Positions 1 to 9,782 of a stretch of 64,000 nucleotides of DNA are shown here, in pieces. Position numbers and translations under genes: made by a program. Every line of letters begins with the position of its first letter. Position 1 is the first letter of the stretch. The notes beneath the pieces were generated by a model. That model made no database searches. It was not told the origin of the DNA and worked only from the letters and a program-made list of their open reading frames with translations. Source of the stretch: an uncultured bacterium (GTDB taxonomy: Bacteria; Patescibacteriota; Minisyncoccia; Phycocordibacterales; CAIZLB01); NCBI GenBank assembly GCA_903848795.1, contig CAINHC010000001.1, positions 14,915 to 78,914 on the forward strand. Direction: 5' to 3'.

Positions 1-134
1 CCTATTTGAGCTTTTTAATTAAAGACTTTTTCAGTTTTTGCATGTCCTTTTTTCTGTCTTTTAGATGACTTTTTGAAGTCTAAAAGACATGCGCCAGTGC
101 CTAAGAAGATTACAGTAATCAAAACTATACCAAA

Positions 135-1040
135 CTACGCCAAGATGTATTTACTCCATCTTCTTTCCCCCACCTTTCTAAGTACCCCATCATATATAAG
201 AGTATTAAGCTCTCTTTGAATTGTCTTTTCACTGCAATCCTTAATATTGTCAGATATGTCTTTAATAGATGATTCCCCTATCTCCTTAATTATACCAAGT
301 ATAAGTTGTTGCCTTTCATTCTTTTGCATTACAGACTTCACCTCAACAGCGACAGCTGTATTTTCGATAATGACTTCCTCCTTAGGTCTTTTGTCTATAG
401 AAACTTTTTCTGATCTGAATACCTTTTCTGAAACACTTGGCATTATCGGTGAAGGTGTAGACTTATATGTAGGTACGGGTGTGGGTGTATGAGCAGATGT
501 AGATGTGGGTGTAGATGTAGATGTGGGCGCAATCGTGGATGCAATAGAAATAGAAGATGAATGAACTTCAGACTTTACACCAAGGACATCATCATTAAGG
601 ACAAAACCTTGCCCTGTTGTACTTGGTCTCTCTCTGTCCTCAATAACCGATATGAAGTTCTTAACCTCAGACTCTAGGACATTGTGATTAGGGATTGAAG
701 TCATGCCTACATTAGATGCAATCTTAGACAGTGAGACAATCTCAACACAAAGGCGACTGATTGAATTTAACACTTCCTTTCTGCATGGAGACGATGCTGT
801 TATTAAGGACAGCGACACTCTCAACAACTCTGCGCCCGATTTTCTCAAGTTGTCCTTTATGGAATCCCCCGCTGGGAAGAAGTCCGTTATCAGATAGATT
901 GCCATGCAAAGCCTTTCTGATTTCTTATGTACAAAGTTAAAATATGGATCACCGTTAAAGAAACTGAGCGACGCTAAATCAAACGCCTTCTCGACTTCAT
1001 TATTTCCATTATTTAATTCATTGTCTCTTAGATTATTCAT
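135..1040 (-). CDS. hypothetical protein with C-terminal winged-helix-like DNA-binding segment and Thr/Pro/Ser-rich linker
   Basis: 301-aa ORF. C-terminus (…SIKDISDNIKDCSEKTIQRELNTLIYDGVLRKVGERRWSKYIL) resembles DeoR/HTH_11-type winged helices. Central TSTSTPTSTSAHTPTPVP low-complexity linker. No recognisable catalytic motif. Confidence 0.35.
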   Translation of the reverse strand: MNNLRDNELNNGNNEVEKAFDLASLSFFNGDPYFNFVHKKSERLCMAIYLITDFFPAGDSIKDNLRKSGAELLRVSLSLITASSPCRKEVLNSISRLCVEIVSLSKIASNVGMTSIPNHNVLESEVKNFISVIEDRERPSTTGQGFVLNDDVLGVKSEVHSSSISIASTIAPTSTSTPTSTSAHTPTPVPTYKSTPSPIMPSVSEKVFRSEKVSIDKRPKEEVIIENTAVAVEVKSVMQKNERQQLILGIIKEIGESSIKDISDNIKDCSEKTIQRELNTLIYDGVLRKVGERRWSKYILA

Positions 1041-1257
1041 AGTCTTTTATTATGTCTTTTAAACATTCCGTCACCACCCCATCTTTGTCTTCACTTTTGT
1101 CCTTGATAGATTTGCCCCAAAAAGTCAAAGCTGGGTGGCAAGTTCAAAGACATTATATATAAGTCAGCACCAATGACAAGTCCCAGAGTATAGGACAATG
1201 TGTTTTAATTTGCATTAATTTTTAACCTTAGATAATACATGTTAAAATAAAGGGAAT

Positions 1258-3759
1258 ATGGCAAACAGAGACAAGAAAAAAAATAAAAGAGAGAAGGATG
1301 TATCCCCTAAGGAATATAAAAGAGGGCCCTACAAGTTATCCACAGAAGAAGATGTAATTGAACAAAAAGTACTAAAATCAAGCACTGTACAAAGTGTCTG
1401 GGGAATAGCCATGTTTGTGTTGGCGATCTTCTTCTTATTCGCCTCACTTAATAAAGGGGGCTCTTTGGGGAGCGCGGTCTATAATGCATTCTCCAAACTT
1501 TTGGGACTTGGATACTATTTGATACCCATAACTTTTATCCTACTTGCTATTGCCTTTTTTGGGGAAAGGAACAAAAAATTCTATCTATCCAAGTCCCTTG
1601 GTGCCCTACTATTCCTTCTCTCATCTTTAGGAATCATTAGCTTAATCAACCTAGACAGCGGAGGTTACGTTGGAAAAATGGTCGCAATACCTCTAGTTAA
1701 ACTTTTTGACTATCCAACGAGTTACGTCATTACTATCGCCCTTGCCATAATCTCAATTTTAATAATATATGACTCATCCATCAAAAAGGAGCATTTAATG
1801 TTCTGGAAATTCTTTAGCAAAAAATCTGACGCCGAAGCTCTAGCGTTGGTAAACGATGGAACAATCAAAGAGACTGAGGATGAAAAGATTTCCAAATCTA
1901 TCAAAGATGCTGAGGCTAGCGCTGCGGGCAATAAAGCTGTTCTTGATGCGACAGCTACAAAACCAGGAAACCAAACTGGTAGCACGGACGCCAATGGAAA
2001 TCTAAAGACTCAAGATCAAAACAAGGCAGGTTCTCCTGATGGAAAATCATCGAAAGATAAGGAAGATGAATCAATTGACCTTAAAGCAAAACATACTTGG
2101 AGTGGAAAAGCTTTTGTTCCTCCCCCACTATCAATACTAGAGCAAGACAAAGGAAAGCCGGGGGTTGGAGATATTAAAGCGAATGCAAATATCATCAAAA
2201 GAACTTTGCAGAATTTTGGAATTGACGTTGAGATGGATGAAGTTTCAATTGGTCCATCAGTCACAAGATATGCTCTTAAACCAGCAGAAGGTGTGAAGCT
2301 ATCAAAAATTCTAGGACTTCAAAACAATCTTTCCCTTGCACTCGCTGCTCACCCAATAAGAATCGAAGCTCCAATCCCAGGAAAATCCCTGGTTGGAATC
2401 GAAATTCCAAATACAATCAAGACCACAGTTGGACTTGGCTCCCTTCTTGCACAGGAAGAATATCAAAAATCAGAAAAGCCACTAATGGTCGCACTTGGAA
2501 AAGGTATTTCAGGTAGATCATATTTTACAAATCTTGCAAAAGCTCCCCACATGCTTATTGCCGGAGCAACTGGTTCTGGAAAATCAGTTACAATTCACGC
2601 CATCATTGCTTCCCTTCTATATAAGAACTCATCAGACAATCTTAAGTTCATAATGATTGACCCAAAGAGAGTGGAGCTAACAATGTATAATAAGATCCCT
2701 CATCTCCTAACTCCAGTTATTACAGATGCCAAGAAATCCATCCTTTCTCTTAAATGGGCAGCAAAGGAAATGGAAAGGAGATACAACATTCTTGAGAAGC
2801 ACGGTATTCGTGATATCGATTCATACCACAAGAATATCCTTAAACCGTTACTAGAGAAACGCAAGAACGATGGATTTGTAAAAGGAGAGGAAGCACCTGA
2901 GACAATGCCATATATTGTGATTGTTTTGGACGAGTTAGCAGATATTATGCAGGCCTATCCAAGAGAATTGGAATCTGGAATTGTTAAACTAGCTCAGATG
3001 TCTAGAGCTGTTGGAATTCACCTTATCATTTCTACACAACGCCCTTCCGTTAACGTTATCACAGGTCTTATTAAAGCTAACGTTCCAGCGCGTATCGCCC
3101 TTCAAGTTGCTTCTCAAATTGACTCAAGAACAATTCTTGATATGAGAGGAGCTGAAGAACTCTTGGGAGCTGGAGATATGCTATTCCTTTCAGGCGATAT
3201 CCCAACACCCATTAGAATTCAATGTGCCTATGTTACAGAGAATGAGACCAAGAAATTGGTAAAGTACTTGATAGACTCAGCTGATTCATTACCACAAGAG
3301 ATATCATTCAACGGTGATCAAGGTGCTTCCCCTACCCCTGACCCAGTATTTAACTCATCCTTTGGAGGAAGTGATGATGAAGACGAAGATGATCTCTATG
3401 ATGAGGCAAAACAACTTGTTATAGAAGCGGGACGCGCATCAACTTCGTATTTACAAAGAAAACTACGTGTTGGATACGCTCGCGCCGCAAGATTAATGGA
3501 TATTCTGGAAGACAAGGGTGTTATTGGGCCATCCGATGGTTCAAAGCCAAGAGAGATATTGAGCTATAGTGGAAATCAAGGAGGTAATAGCGGGGATGGC
3601 GGAAACGGAAGCGGTGGTGGTCAGGCTGGAGGATATAACAATGGAACAAATAATGGCAGTAATGATATACTAGATAGTGGATATAATACTAGTACGCCAA
3701 AAAGTAACGATAGAGATGAGAATGATGATATAATAGAAAATAAGGTCGAGGAAGATTAA
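1258..3759 (+). CDS. ftsK: DNA translocase FtsK/SpoIIIE
   Basis: N-terminal TM segments, then Walker A GATGSGKS and Walker B VIVLDELAD. C-terminal gamma/winged-helix domain (LYDEAKQLVIEAGRASTSYLQRKLRVGYARAARLMDILEDKGVIGP). Ends in a Gly/Asn-rich tail. Confidence 0.9.
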   Translation: MANRDKKKNKREKDVSPKEYKRGPYKLSTEEDVIEQKVLKSSTVQSVWGIAMFVLAIFFLFASLNKGGSLGSAVYNAFSKLLGLGYYLIPITFILLAIAFFGERNKKFYLSKSLGALLFLLSSLGIISLINLDSGGYVGKMVAIPLVKLFDYPTSYVITIALAIISILIIYDSSIKKEHLMFWKFFSKKSDAEALALVNDGTIKETEDEKISKSIKDAEASAAGNKAVLDATATKPGNQTGSTDANGNLKTQDQNKAGSPDGKSSKDKEDESIDLKAKHTWSGKAFVPPPLSILEQDKGKPGVGDIKANANIIKRTLQNFGIDVEMDEVSIGPSVTRYALKPAEGVKLSKILGLQNNLSLALAAHPIRIEAPIPGKSLVGIEIPNTIKTTVGLGSLLAQEEYQKSEKPLMVALGKGISGRSYFTNLAKAPHMLIAGATGSGKSVTIHAIIASLLYKNSSDNLKFIMIDPKRVELTMYNKIPHLLTPVITDAKKSILSLKWAAKEMERRYNILEKHGIRDIDSYHKNILKPLLEKRKNDGFVKGEEAPETMPYIVIVLDELADIMQAYPRELESGIVKLAQMSRAVGIHLIISTQRPSVNVITGLIKANVPARIALQVASQIDSRTILDMRGAEELLGAGDMLFLSGDIPTPIRIQCAYVTENETKKLVKYLIDSADSLPQEISFNGDQGASPTPDPVFNSSFGGSDDEDEDDLYDEAKQLVIEAGRASTSYLQRKLRVGYARAARLMDILEDKGVIGPSDGSKPREILSYSGNQGGNSGDGGNGSGGGQAGGYNNGTNNGSNDILDSGYNTSTPKSNDRDENDDIIENKVEED

Positions 3760-3827
3760 TTATTACTACATTTTAAATTTGGAATTTCTTTAGAAATTCT
3801 TCACAGAAGCATTAACCCAATAATAGT

Positions 3828-4331
3828 ATGATAGGAACGCGCAAAAACATTAGAGAAGGAAAAACAATAATTAGAAACGCTCTTATTGTTATTATAATTT
3901 GCGCAATTGGCGGATACGCAGGATTTCAATCAAAAAAAATAATTAGTGGTCCTCAAATCACAATACAAAGCCCCAGCTCAACAAATGCAAATGATGGAGC
4001 AGTGGATGTGTCAGGTGTAGTCAAAAATGTTTCTGTTGTAACTTTGAACGATAGATTAATACCAATAGATGAAGCGGGTCAATTTAAAGAAAAAATTCTT
4101 CTTTATCCAGGATATAACGTTATCAAACTAAAGGCGACAGATAAATTTGGAGCTTGTGTAACAAAGGAACTTCAAGTGGTTTACACTGACAAAAAGGATG
4201 GTGCCGGCGATCAAGCCAATCCTAATCAGAGCGACCAAAGTGAATCTGACACTGCAACCACATCAACAACCACTGCTGTAGCAAGCACAACTATCGCAAC
4301 CACTAGCGCAGGTAGTACGCACAGTAAATAA
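3828..4331 (+). CDS. hypothetical membrane-anchored protein with Thr-rich C-terminus
   Basis: 167-aa ORF with N-terminal TM helix (ALIVIIICAIGGYAGF), beta-rich middle, TTSTTTAVASTTIATTS tail. No homology recognised. Confidence 0.35.
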   Translation: MIGTRKNIREGKTIIRNALIVIIICAIGGYAGFQSKKIISGPQITIQSPSSTNANDGAVDVSGVVKNVSVVTLNDRLIPIDEAGQFKEKILLYPGYNVIKLKATDKFGACVTKELQVVYTDKKDGAGDQANPNQSDQSESDTATTSTTTAVASTTIATTSAGSTHSK

Positions 4332-4433
4332 TTTGGATTGATTCGAAAGTCCGTAGCGATTATCTCATTATCAAAATTAAGAATCGGTTTTATTCGGTTT
4401 TATATAAATTAAATAAATAATTTTATTAATATT

Positions 4434-5693
4434 ATGGCAAATAAAAAAGTAGAAATTAGTAAGAAAGTTACAGAAAAAAAAGCGGATGAAAAAGTCGCAA
4501 AAAAAGCTGTGATTAAAGAGCTTGGTAATAAGCCAGCCAGAAAGGAAATGGATGAATTAGAAGATGTAAAAAAAGCTCTCGCTGAAGCACCCGAGGAATC
4601 AATGCCTGAGACTGCAGAAGACGAGGATGATGGAGAAGACGATGAGTCCCCTTCCTCCAAGCCATCTTCAAAATCTTCTTTTGGTTCCAAGAAAAAGGGC
4701 TCGAAAGAAAAGAGTAATGATTCATCGATCAAAGACACTATCGCACAAATCAAAACAAAATTCGGTGACGATGCAATTATGCGTCTTGGAGAAAAACCAA
4801 GAGTTGACGTTAATGCAATTCCAACTGGATCAATCGGACTTGATGCTGCTCTTGGCGTCGGAGGTCTTCCTCGTGGACGTATTATAGAAATATTTGGACC
4901 AGAATCTTCTGGTAAGACAACGCTTTCTCTTCACGTCATTGCGGAAGCGCAGAAGAAAGATGGAATCTGTGCATTTATCGACGCAGAGCACGCAATGGAT
5001 CCAGAATATGCAAAGCGACTTGGTGTTAAGATTGATGAACTTTTAATTTCACAACCAGACACTGGTGAGCAAGCATTGGAGATTGTTGAGAGTTTAGTTA
5101 GATCAGGAAAGCTAGATGTTATTGTCATCGACTCAGTCGCAGCCTTAACTCCAAAGGATGAAATTGAGGGAGATATGGGTGCATCGCACATGGGTAAGCA
5201 AGCAAGATTAATGTCTCAAGCCTTGCGCAAGCTGACTGCAATCGTTGCACGAAGTAAGACTATCGTAATCTTTATCAACCAAATCAGAATGCAAATTGGT
5301 GTTATGTTTGGTAATCCAGAAACAACTCCAGGAGGAAAGGCTCTTAAGTTCTATACTTCAGTTAGATTAGACATCAGAAGAATTGCTCAAATCAAAAAGG
5401 GTGAAGAAATAATGGGAGGACGTGTTCGAGTTAAGGTTGTAAAGAATAAGGTCGCTGCCCCATTTAGACAAACTGAGTTTGATTTAATGTACAACGAAGG
5501 TATTTCAAAGGAGGGAGAGATTATCGCACTAGGCGAGAAGTTGGACATCATCAACAAAAGCGGAACAAGTTATTCTTATGGAGAAGAAAAGCTGGGCCGT
5601 GGATATGATGCAACTCGTCAATTCCTACGAGCTAATACAAAGATTAGTAACGAGATATTAAAGAAGATTAGAGAGCATTTGAAGGAGCTTTAG
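4434..5693 (+). CDS. recA: recombinase RecA with ~95-aa Lys/Glu/Ser-rich N-terminal extension
   Basis: Core motifs [40 protein letters not shown] (Walker A) and VIDSVAAL. RecA-like sequence only begins around [18 protein letters not shown]. No in-frame ATG/GTG/TTG close to the canonical start, so the extension appears translated. Confidence 0.9.
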   Translation: MANKKVEISKKVTEKKADEKVAKKAVIKELGNKPARKEMDELEDVKKALAEAPEESMPETAEDEDDGEDDESPSSKPSSKSSFGSKKKGSKEKSNDSSIKDTIAQIKTKFGDDAIMRLGEKPRVDVNAIPTGSIGLDAALGVGGLPRGRIIEIFGPESSGKTTLSLHVIAEAQKKDGICAFIDAEHAMDPEYAKRLGVKIDELLISQPDTGEQALEIVESLVRSGKLDVIVIDSVAALTPKDEIEGDMGASHMGKQARLMSQALRKLTAIVARSKTIVIFINQIRMQIGVMFGNPETTPGGKALKFYTSVRLDIRRIAQIKKGEEIMGGRVRVKVVKNKVAAPFRQTEFDLMYNEGISKEGEIIALGEKLDIINKSGTSYSYGEEKLGRGYDATRQFLRANTKISNEILKKIREHLKEL

Positions 5694-5896
5694 AACCTTC
5701 AAATTTAGCTTGATCTAGTGTGGGGACCAGCGGAACTTGACAGTCAAAAAGTTTTTGGTAAGCTTTAGATACCTTTCAGATTAGTAGCAATATTAATCTT
5801 TTCGATTCTGACCTACTCGTTAGGCAGATGACAATTAATTAAGGACAGTTTGGGGAAACCCCGTCGAAAGTATGCAAATACTTTTATTTTAGCGAT

Positions 5897-5925
5897 TAAA
5901 ACACCATTTGCTTGGTGTTTTTTTC
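5897..5925. terminator. bidirectional rho-independent terminator (between recA and mazF-like gene)
   Basis: aaaACACCAtttgctTGGTGTttttttt hairpin flanked by an A-run and a T-run. Confidence 0.5.
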
Positions 5926-5935
5926 GTTATATATA

Positions 5936-6331
5936 TTATATATATTTGATAAGTTGAATATATCTATCTATTATATTTTTTAGTTCATCTTCAGGTAAGT
6001 AACCCATAATTTCTTTTAATCTATTTATATCAATAGGTCTTATTTGATTTAAAATAACAAATGACTCATTAAACGAAACCTTTATATACCAGTTACCGTC
6101 ATGTTTTTTAGTTGTCAGCGGTGCCGCCAAGAAGAAATTATCAGAAAATACGTTAATTATAACAACAGGTCTAACCAGATTAGGACCAACCCCATTTTGT
6201 TCATACCCCACATTAATACCAAGATAACACCAAAAAATATCACCCAGTCTTATGAAAGTCTTTTGTTGGGGACATTTGTCTTGAGTATTAAAATCGGTCT
6301 TTATTTCTATCTCCATTTTTGTTCCGCCCAT
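5936..6331 (-). CDS. mazF: MazF/PemK (EndoA-type) family endoribonuclease toxin, no cognate antitoxin recognised
   Basis: RLGDIFWCYLGINVGYEQNGV…RPVVIINV…AAPLTTKK…ILNQIRPIDINRLKEIMGYLPEDELKNIIDRYIQLI parallels B. subtilis EndoA/YdcE and E. coli MazF (GD-I/V…G-EQ-G…RP…V, QIRTID-RL). Confidence 0.6.
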   Translation of the reverse strand: MGGTKMEIEIKTDFNTQDKCPQQKTFIRLGDIFWCYLGINVGYEQNGVGPNLVRPVVIINVFSDNFFLAAPLTTKKHDGNWYIKVSFNESFVILNQIRPIDINRLKEIMGYLPEDELKNIIDRYIQLIKYI

Positions 6332-6479
6332 TCTAACAAACCAACCCCGAATTTCCCGTAAAGATTTTCTAAAGAATTTCGAAAGTTTTTATATCCAAAT
6401 TTACCTGCCAAACCAAAACCAAAGAAGATCCGACAGAAGCATGGACATCTCCCCTCTTATGGTCTACAATGGCCATATT

Positions 6480-7043
6480 ATGTATGATTATAATGAAATT
6501 ACAGTAAGAAAGTTTATCGTTTTCGAGGGTGAGCCATATGAAGTTATGAGTTCTCATATTTTCAGAAAGCAAATGAGAAAGCCGGTTAACGACACAAAAT
6601 TAAAAAACTTATTAAACGGTAGAATTGTAGAGCATTCATTCGGTGCAACTGACAAGGTATATCAAGCAGAAATCGACTCAAAGAAAATCAAATTCCTATA
6701 TTCAAATAAGGGAGAATGGTGGTTCTGCGAAGAGAACAATCCAGCAGCTCGTTTTAAGATAGACGAGAGCGTACTTGGAAACAGTGGCAAATTCCTCAAG
6801 CCAAATACCGTGGTTGAGGCCTCAGTTTTTGATGAGCATATCTTTAGAGTAGATCTACCTATCAAGGTTGAACTGGTTGTTAAAGAAGCTCCCCCAGTTC
6901 TAAGAGGCGACTCTTCAAAAAGTGGAAACAAGCTTGTTGTTCTTGAAACTGGAGCAGGACTTAACGTCCCAATGTTCGTAGTTGAGGGAGATGTTGTTAG
7001 AATCAACACAGAGACAGGCGAATATGTAGAGCGAGTTAAATAA
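6480..7043 (+). CDS. efp: elongation factor P
   Basis: ORF track starts at 6441. EF-P-like sequence begins at internal Met (MYDYNEITVRKFIVFEGEPYEV…). KOW/OB-domain layout ~188 aa. Terminator follows. Confidence 0.85.
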   Translation: MYDYNEITVRKFIVFEGEPYEVMSSHIFRKQMRKPVNDTKLKNLLNGRIVEHSFGATDKVYQAEIDSKKIKFLYSNKGEWWFCEENNPAARFKIDESVLGNSGKFLKPNTVVEASVFDEHIFRVDLPIKVELVVKEAPPVLRGDSSKSGNKLVVLETGAGLNVPMFVVEGDVVRINTETGEYVERVK

Positions 7044-7109
7044 GCCTTAGCTCAGCATGGCATATCGGCATACTGGCACAGAACCCCAAACTGTCAGCAC
7101 CAAAACAAA

Positions 7110-7145
7110 AACCCCAAGATTTAACTCTGGGGTTTTTGTTTTATC
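7110..7145. terminator. bidirectional terminator between efp and rpsR
   Basis: AACCCCAagatttaactcTGGGGTT then TTTTGTTTT. A-run upstream serves the opposite strand. Confidence 0.6.
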
Positions 7146-7190
7146 TTCTACAATGAGGCTTAAAGATAGTCCTAATCGGGCCTAAACTGC

Positions 7191-7394
7191 CTATTGAGCG
7201 ATGAATGGCAGTATAGCCATAAATCTAGCTCTCTTCACAGCCAAAGCCAGCTTACGTTGGCTCTTAGCACTAACGCCAGTTTTCTTTCTTGAAAGAAGTC
7301 TTGCATGTGGATTAAGAAACTTCTTTAGAAGCTCTGTATCTTTGTAGTCAACATGTTTAATGTTGTTTTGTGAGAAATAACAATGTTTTGTCAT
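7191..7394 (-). CDS. rpsR: 30S ribosomal protein S18
   Basis: YKDTELLKKFLNPHARLLSRKKTGVSAKSQRKLALAVKRARFMAILPF matches the S18 consensus. Sits in the rpsF-ssb-rpsR arrangement. Confidence 0.85.
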   Translation of the reverse strand: MTKHCYFSQNNIKHVDYKDTELLKKFLNPHARLLSRKKTGVSAKSQRKLALAVKRARFMAILPFIAQ

Positions 7395-7470
7395 ATTTTT
7401 AATTTAATTTTCCTATTTAATTTTCCTGTAAGTATCTGGACCGAGCTGTATCGGTCAAGATTGCGCTAGA

Positions 7471-7977
7471 TTAGAATGGAATATCCTCTGGATTGATTTC
7501 TTCCTCTGGATATTCTATTGAATCCAATTGATTTAGTGCATTTCCTGTATCGTCTGCTTTTTTAGCTGAACCAGCGCTAAATCCTGCGCCCGCTCCAGTA
7601 TCAGATCCTGCTCCTGCGTTTCCGTAAGAACTTGAACCTCCAGCTTCTCCAGGTCTGTTTCCAAATTGAATATTGTCTGCGATAACCTCTGTTCTATAAA
7701 GCTTCTTTCCATCAGCACCATCCCAAGAACGAGTCTGCATTCTACCTTCAACTAGTACGCTACTTCCCTTTTTAAGATATTGAGCGGAAGTCTCAGCTTG
7801 ACGACCGAACACCACAACGTTGTGGAAGTCCACTGCTTCTTGCTTTGCTCCGTCCTTGTTCTTCCAAACTCTGTTTGTAGCAACAGAGAATGATGTAACT
7901 GTAATTCCTGATGGCAAAGCCTTAAGCTCTGGATCACGAGTTAAATTTCCGATAATTATTGCTTTGTTTAAATACAT
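7471..7977 (-). CDS. ssb: single-stranded DNA-binding protein
   Basis: OB-fold N-terminus (NKAIIIGNLTRDPELK…VVVFGRQAE), Gly-rich linker, acidic C-terminal tail ending DIPF. Confidence 0.9.
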   Translation of the reverse strand: MYLNKAIIIGNLTRDPELKALPSGITVTSFSVATNRVWKNKDGAKQEAVDFHNVVVFGRQAETSAQYLKKGSSVLVEGRMQTRSWDGADGKKLYRTEVIADNIQFGNRPGEAGGSSSYGNAGAGSDTGAGAGFSAGSAKKADDTGNALNQLDSIEYPEEEINPEDIPF

Positions 7978-8016
7978 AATGCTTATTATATAATACTTTA
8001 GGTTTGATTAATACCA

Positions 8017-8583
8017 CTATTCAGTTGCAATATCAGCCACTTTTTCAGTATCTACAATTTCACTAACGGCATCATCAGGTGTTGCGACAGTTGTAACTGC
8101 ATCTTCTGCAGGAACTTCAGTAGCATCATCTTCTGTTGTTATATCCTCAACTGGCTCATCGGCAATCTTAACGATCTTTGATGATGAATCAGCCTTAATC
8201 TCGGCAACTGCTCCAAGGAAAGTATTTTCCCTAACAGTCTTGATTAATAGAAAACGAAGCATTGGACCAAAGGCCTTTATCTCCTTCTCTAGTGGAACTA
8301 TCTCCTCAGGATTAATTTCAAACTTAACCCATCCGAAATATGATGTTAAATAATTCTTTCTATCCGCCTTTACTGTCTTACTTATTGGATACGCAAGGTT
8401 TTTAAACTTAGGCATTTCTTCTGCGATAAATTGTCCTCCGCGCTTCTCAATAAGTGACTTAAGGTGCGAGAATTGTACAGCGACCTCGTCCTCAACTATT
8501 GTTGAGACAAAGTGAAAACCGAGTTCATAGACTCTGTTTTCAAGCTGTTGGTCCTCTTCTATAAGTTCAACTTTTTTTGCCAT
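8017..8583 (-). CDS. rpsF: 30S ribosomal protein S6 with acidic C-terminal extension
   Basis: YELGFHFVSTI…LAYPISK resembles S6 (YEIVFMV…LAYPINK). Located upstream of ssb-rpsR. Long D/E/T-rich tail. Confidence 0.7.
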   Translation of the reverse strand: MAKKVELIEEDQQLENRVYELGFHFVSTIVEDEVAVQFSHLKSLIEKRGGQFIAEEMPKFKNLAYPISKTVKADRKNYLTSYFGWVKFEINPEEIVPLEKEIKAFGPMLRFLLIKTVRENTFLGAVAEIKADSSSKIVKIADEPVEDITTEDDATEVPAEDAVTTVATPDDAVSEIVDTEKVADIATE

Positions 8584-8778
8584 GTCAGAAGACTAACACA
8601 AATGGCCGATATGAGCAAATTTGGGGTCAGGCGATCCTCGATCGTAGTGGCGACTACCCCGAATCGCAAAAAAGTGTGTTGTAATTTGAGGGTACACCCA
8701 TGTTTGAACCATCAAGCCCCATAATATGCAATTAAATGTGATGCTTAAAAATTCCCTAATTACAACACATTTTTTGCT

Positions 8779-9612
8779 TTATACACGGGGCCTGACCCCA
8801 AAAAACATCCGCCCTACATTCGCCCCTATCTGCTCCCTCGCCTCCTCTACAGAAATACCCTTAATTTCGGCTATTTTTTGAACTACCAACTTAACGTGTA
8901 AAGGTTCAGCCCTCTTGCCTCTAAACGGAACAGGCGCAACATATGGGCAATCCGTCTCAGAAAGAATTTTATCTAAGGGTATTTCCTTGATTATGGATTC
9001 GTAGTCCTTAGCAAAGGTAATAACCCCCGTGAATGAAATTGTAAATCCGCAACTAATGAATGCTTTTGCTTGCTCTATTGAACCAGCAAAGAAGTGTGCA
9101 TTCCCTCGCAATCTTACACCTTGGACCCTAATGTAATTATTAAGAATTTCTAAAGTTTCGTCATAACTGTCTCTACAATGCAACATTAAAGGTTTGTCAA
9201 TAGCTATAGCGATGTCAATTTGTCCTCTAAATATTTTCTCCTGTATTTCTTTAACTTTTAGGACGTCTATATCCGGATTATATTCAGCTAATTTGAAGAA
9301 ATCCAACCCACACTCTCCTATTCCAATAACCTTTGGATGTTTTGCTAATTCCTTGAGTTCAGCAAGCGTACTTTCTACCGCCCCCGCCGTATCCAAATCC
9401 ACTACCTCGTGCGGATGAATTCCAACAATTGCATAAACTCCTTCATCATATTTTTCGGCAATGCTAATGGCCCGCTTTGAAGATTCAATATCAGTTCCAA
9501 CATTTACCACAAAAACGCCTTCATCTAAGGCCCTCCTTAAAACATCTTCCCTATCCGCATCGAACTCAGGAAAATTGACGTGTGCGTGAGTATCTATGTA
9601 TTGGAAATTCAT
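8779..9612 (-). CDS. tatD: TatD family metal-dependent hydrolase/DNase
   Basis: N-terminal IDTHAHVNFPEFD metal-binding motif, internal HCRD, ETDCPYVAP near the C-terminus. ~277 aa, typical of TatD. Confidence 0.85.
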   Translation of the reverse strand: MNFQYIDTHAHVNFPEFDADREDVLRRALDEGVFVVNVGTDIESSKRAISIAEKYDEGVYAIVGIHPHEVVDLDTAGAVESTLAELKELAKHPKVIGIGECGLDFFKLAEYNPDIDVLKVKEIQEKIFRGQIDIAIAIDKPLMLHCRDSYDETLEILNNYIRVQGVRLRGNAHFFAGSIEQAKAFISCGFTISFTGVITFAKDYESIIKEIPLDKILSETDCPYVAPVPFRGKRAEPLHVKLVVQKIAEIKGISVEEAREQIGANVGRMFFGVRPRV

Positions 9613-9782
9613 ATAATTATGTCTTTTATTTGTATTATATATTAGTTAGGTTCTTATACAAACTTAAGTCGCACCTAATACAAAATGATACCCGAATTCG
9701 GAAAATCCGCATTTTGAAGACCCAAAATCCCGATTATCGGAAGTGGCATTGCTGATTTTCAGGATTTTGCTATAATATAGCC

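Noticed and set aside
1722-2264. Antisense ORFs inside ftsK (1722-1994, 2016-2264) and similar antisense ORFs inside recA, efp, ssb, glyQS, ileS, argS, polA, holA and the coiled-coil gene
   Set aside because: Each is fully contained in a well-supported conserved gene on the opposite strand and has biased, non-protein-like composition.
6369-6572. 67-aa minus-strand ORF upstream of the MazF-like gene as a candidate MazE antitoxin
   Set aside because: Most of it overlaps the efp coding region antisense. The sequence has no AbrB/MazE-like swapped-hairpin pattern and is Ile/Leu-rich as expected for an antisense shadow ORF.
8624-8799. 10-bp long-range inverted repeat GGGGTCAGGC / GCCTGACCCC spanning the rpsF upstream region
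   Set aside because: One arm lies inside the tatD coding sequence, and the 160-nt spacing with no supporting nested structure makes chance likely. Not reported as a feature.
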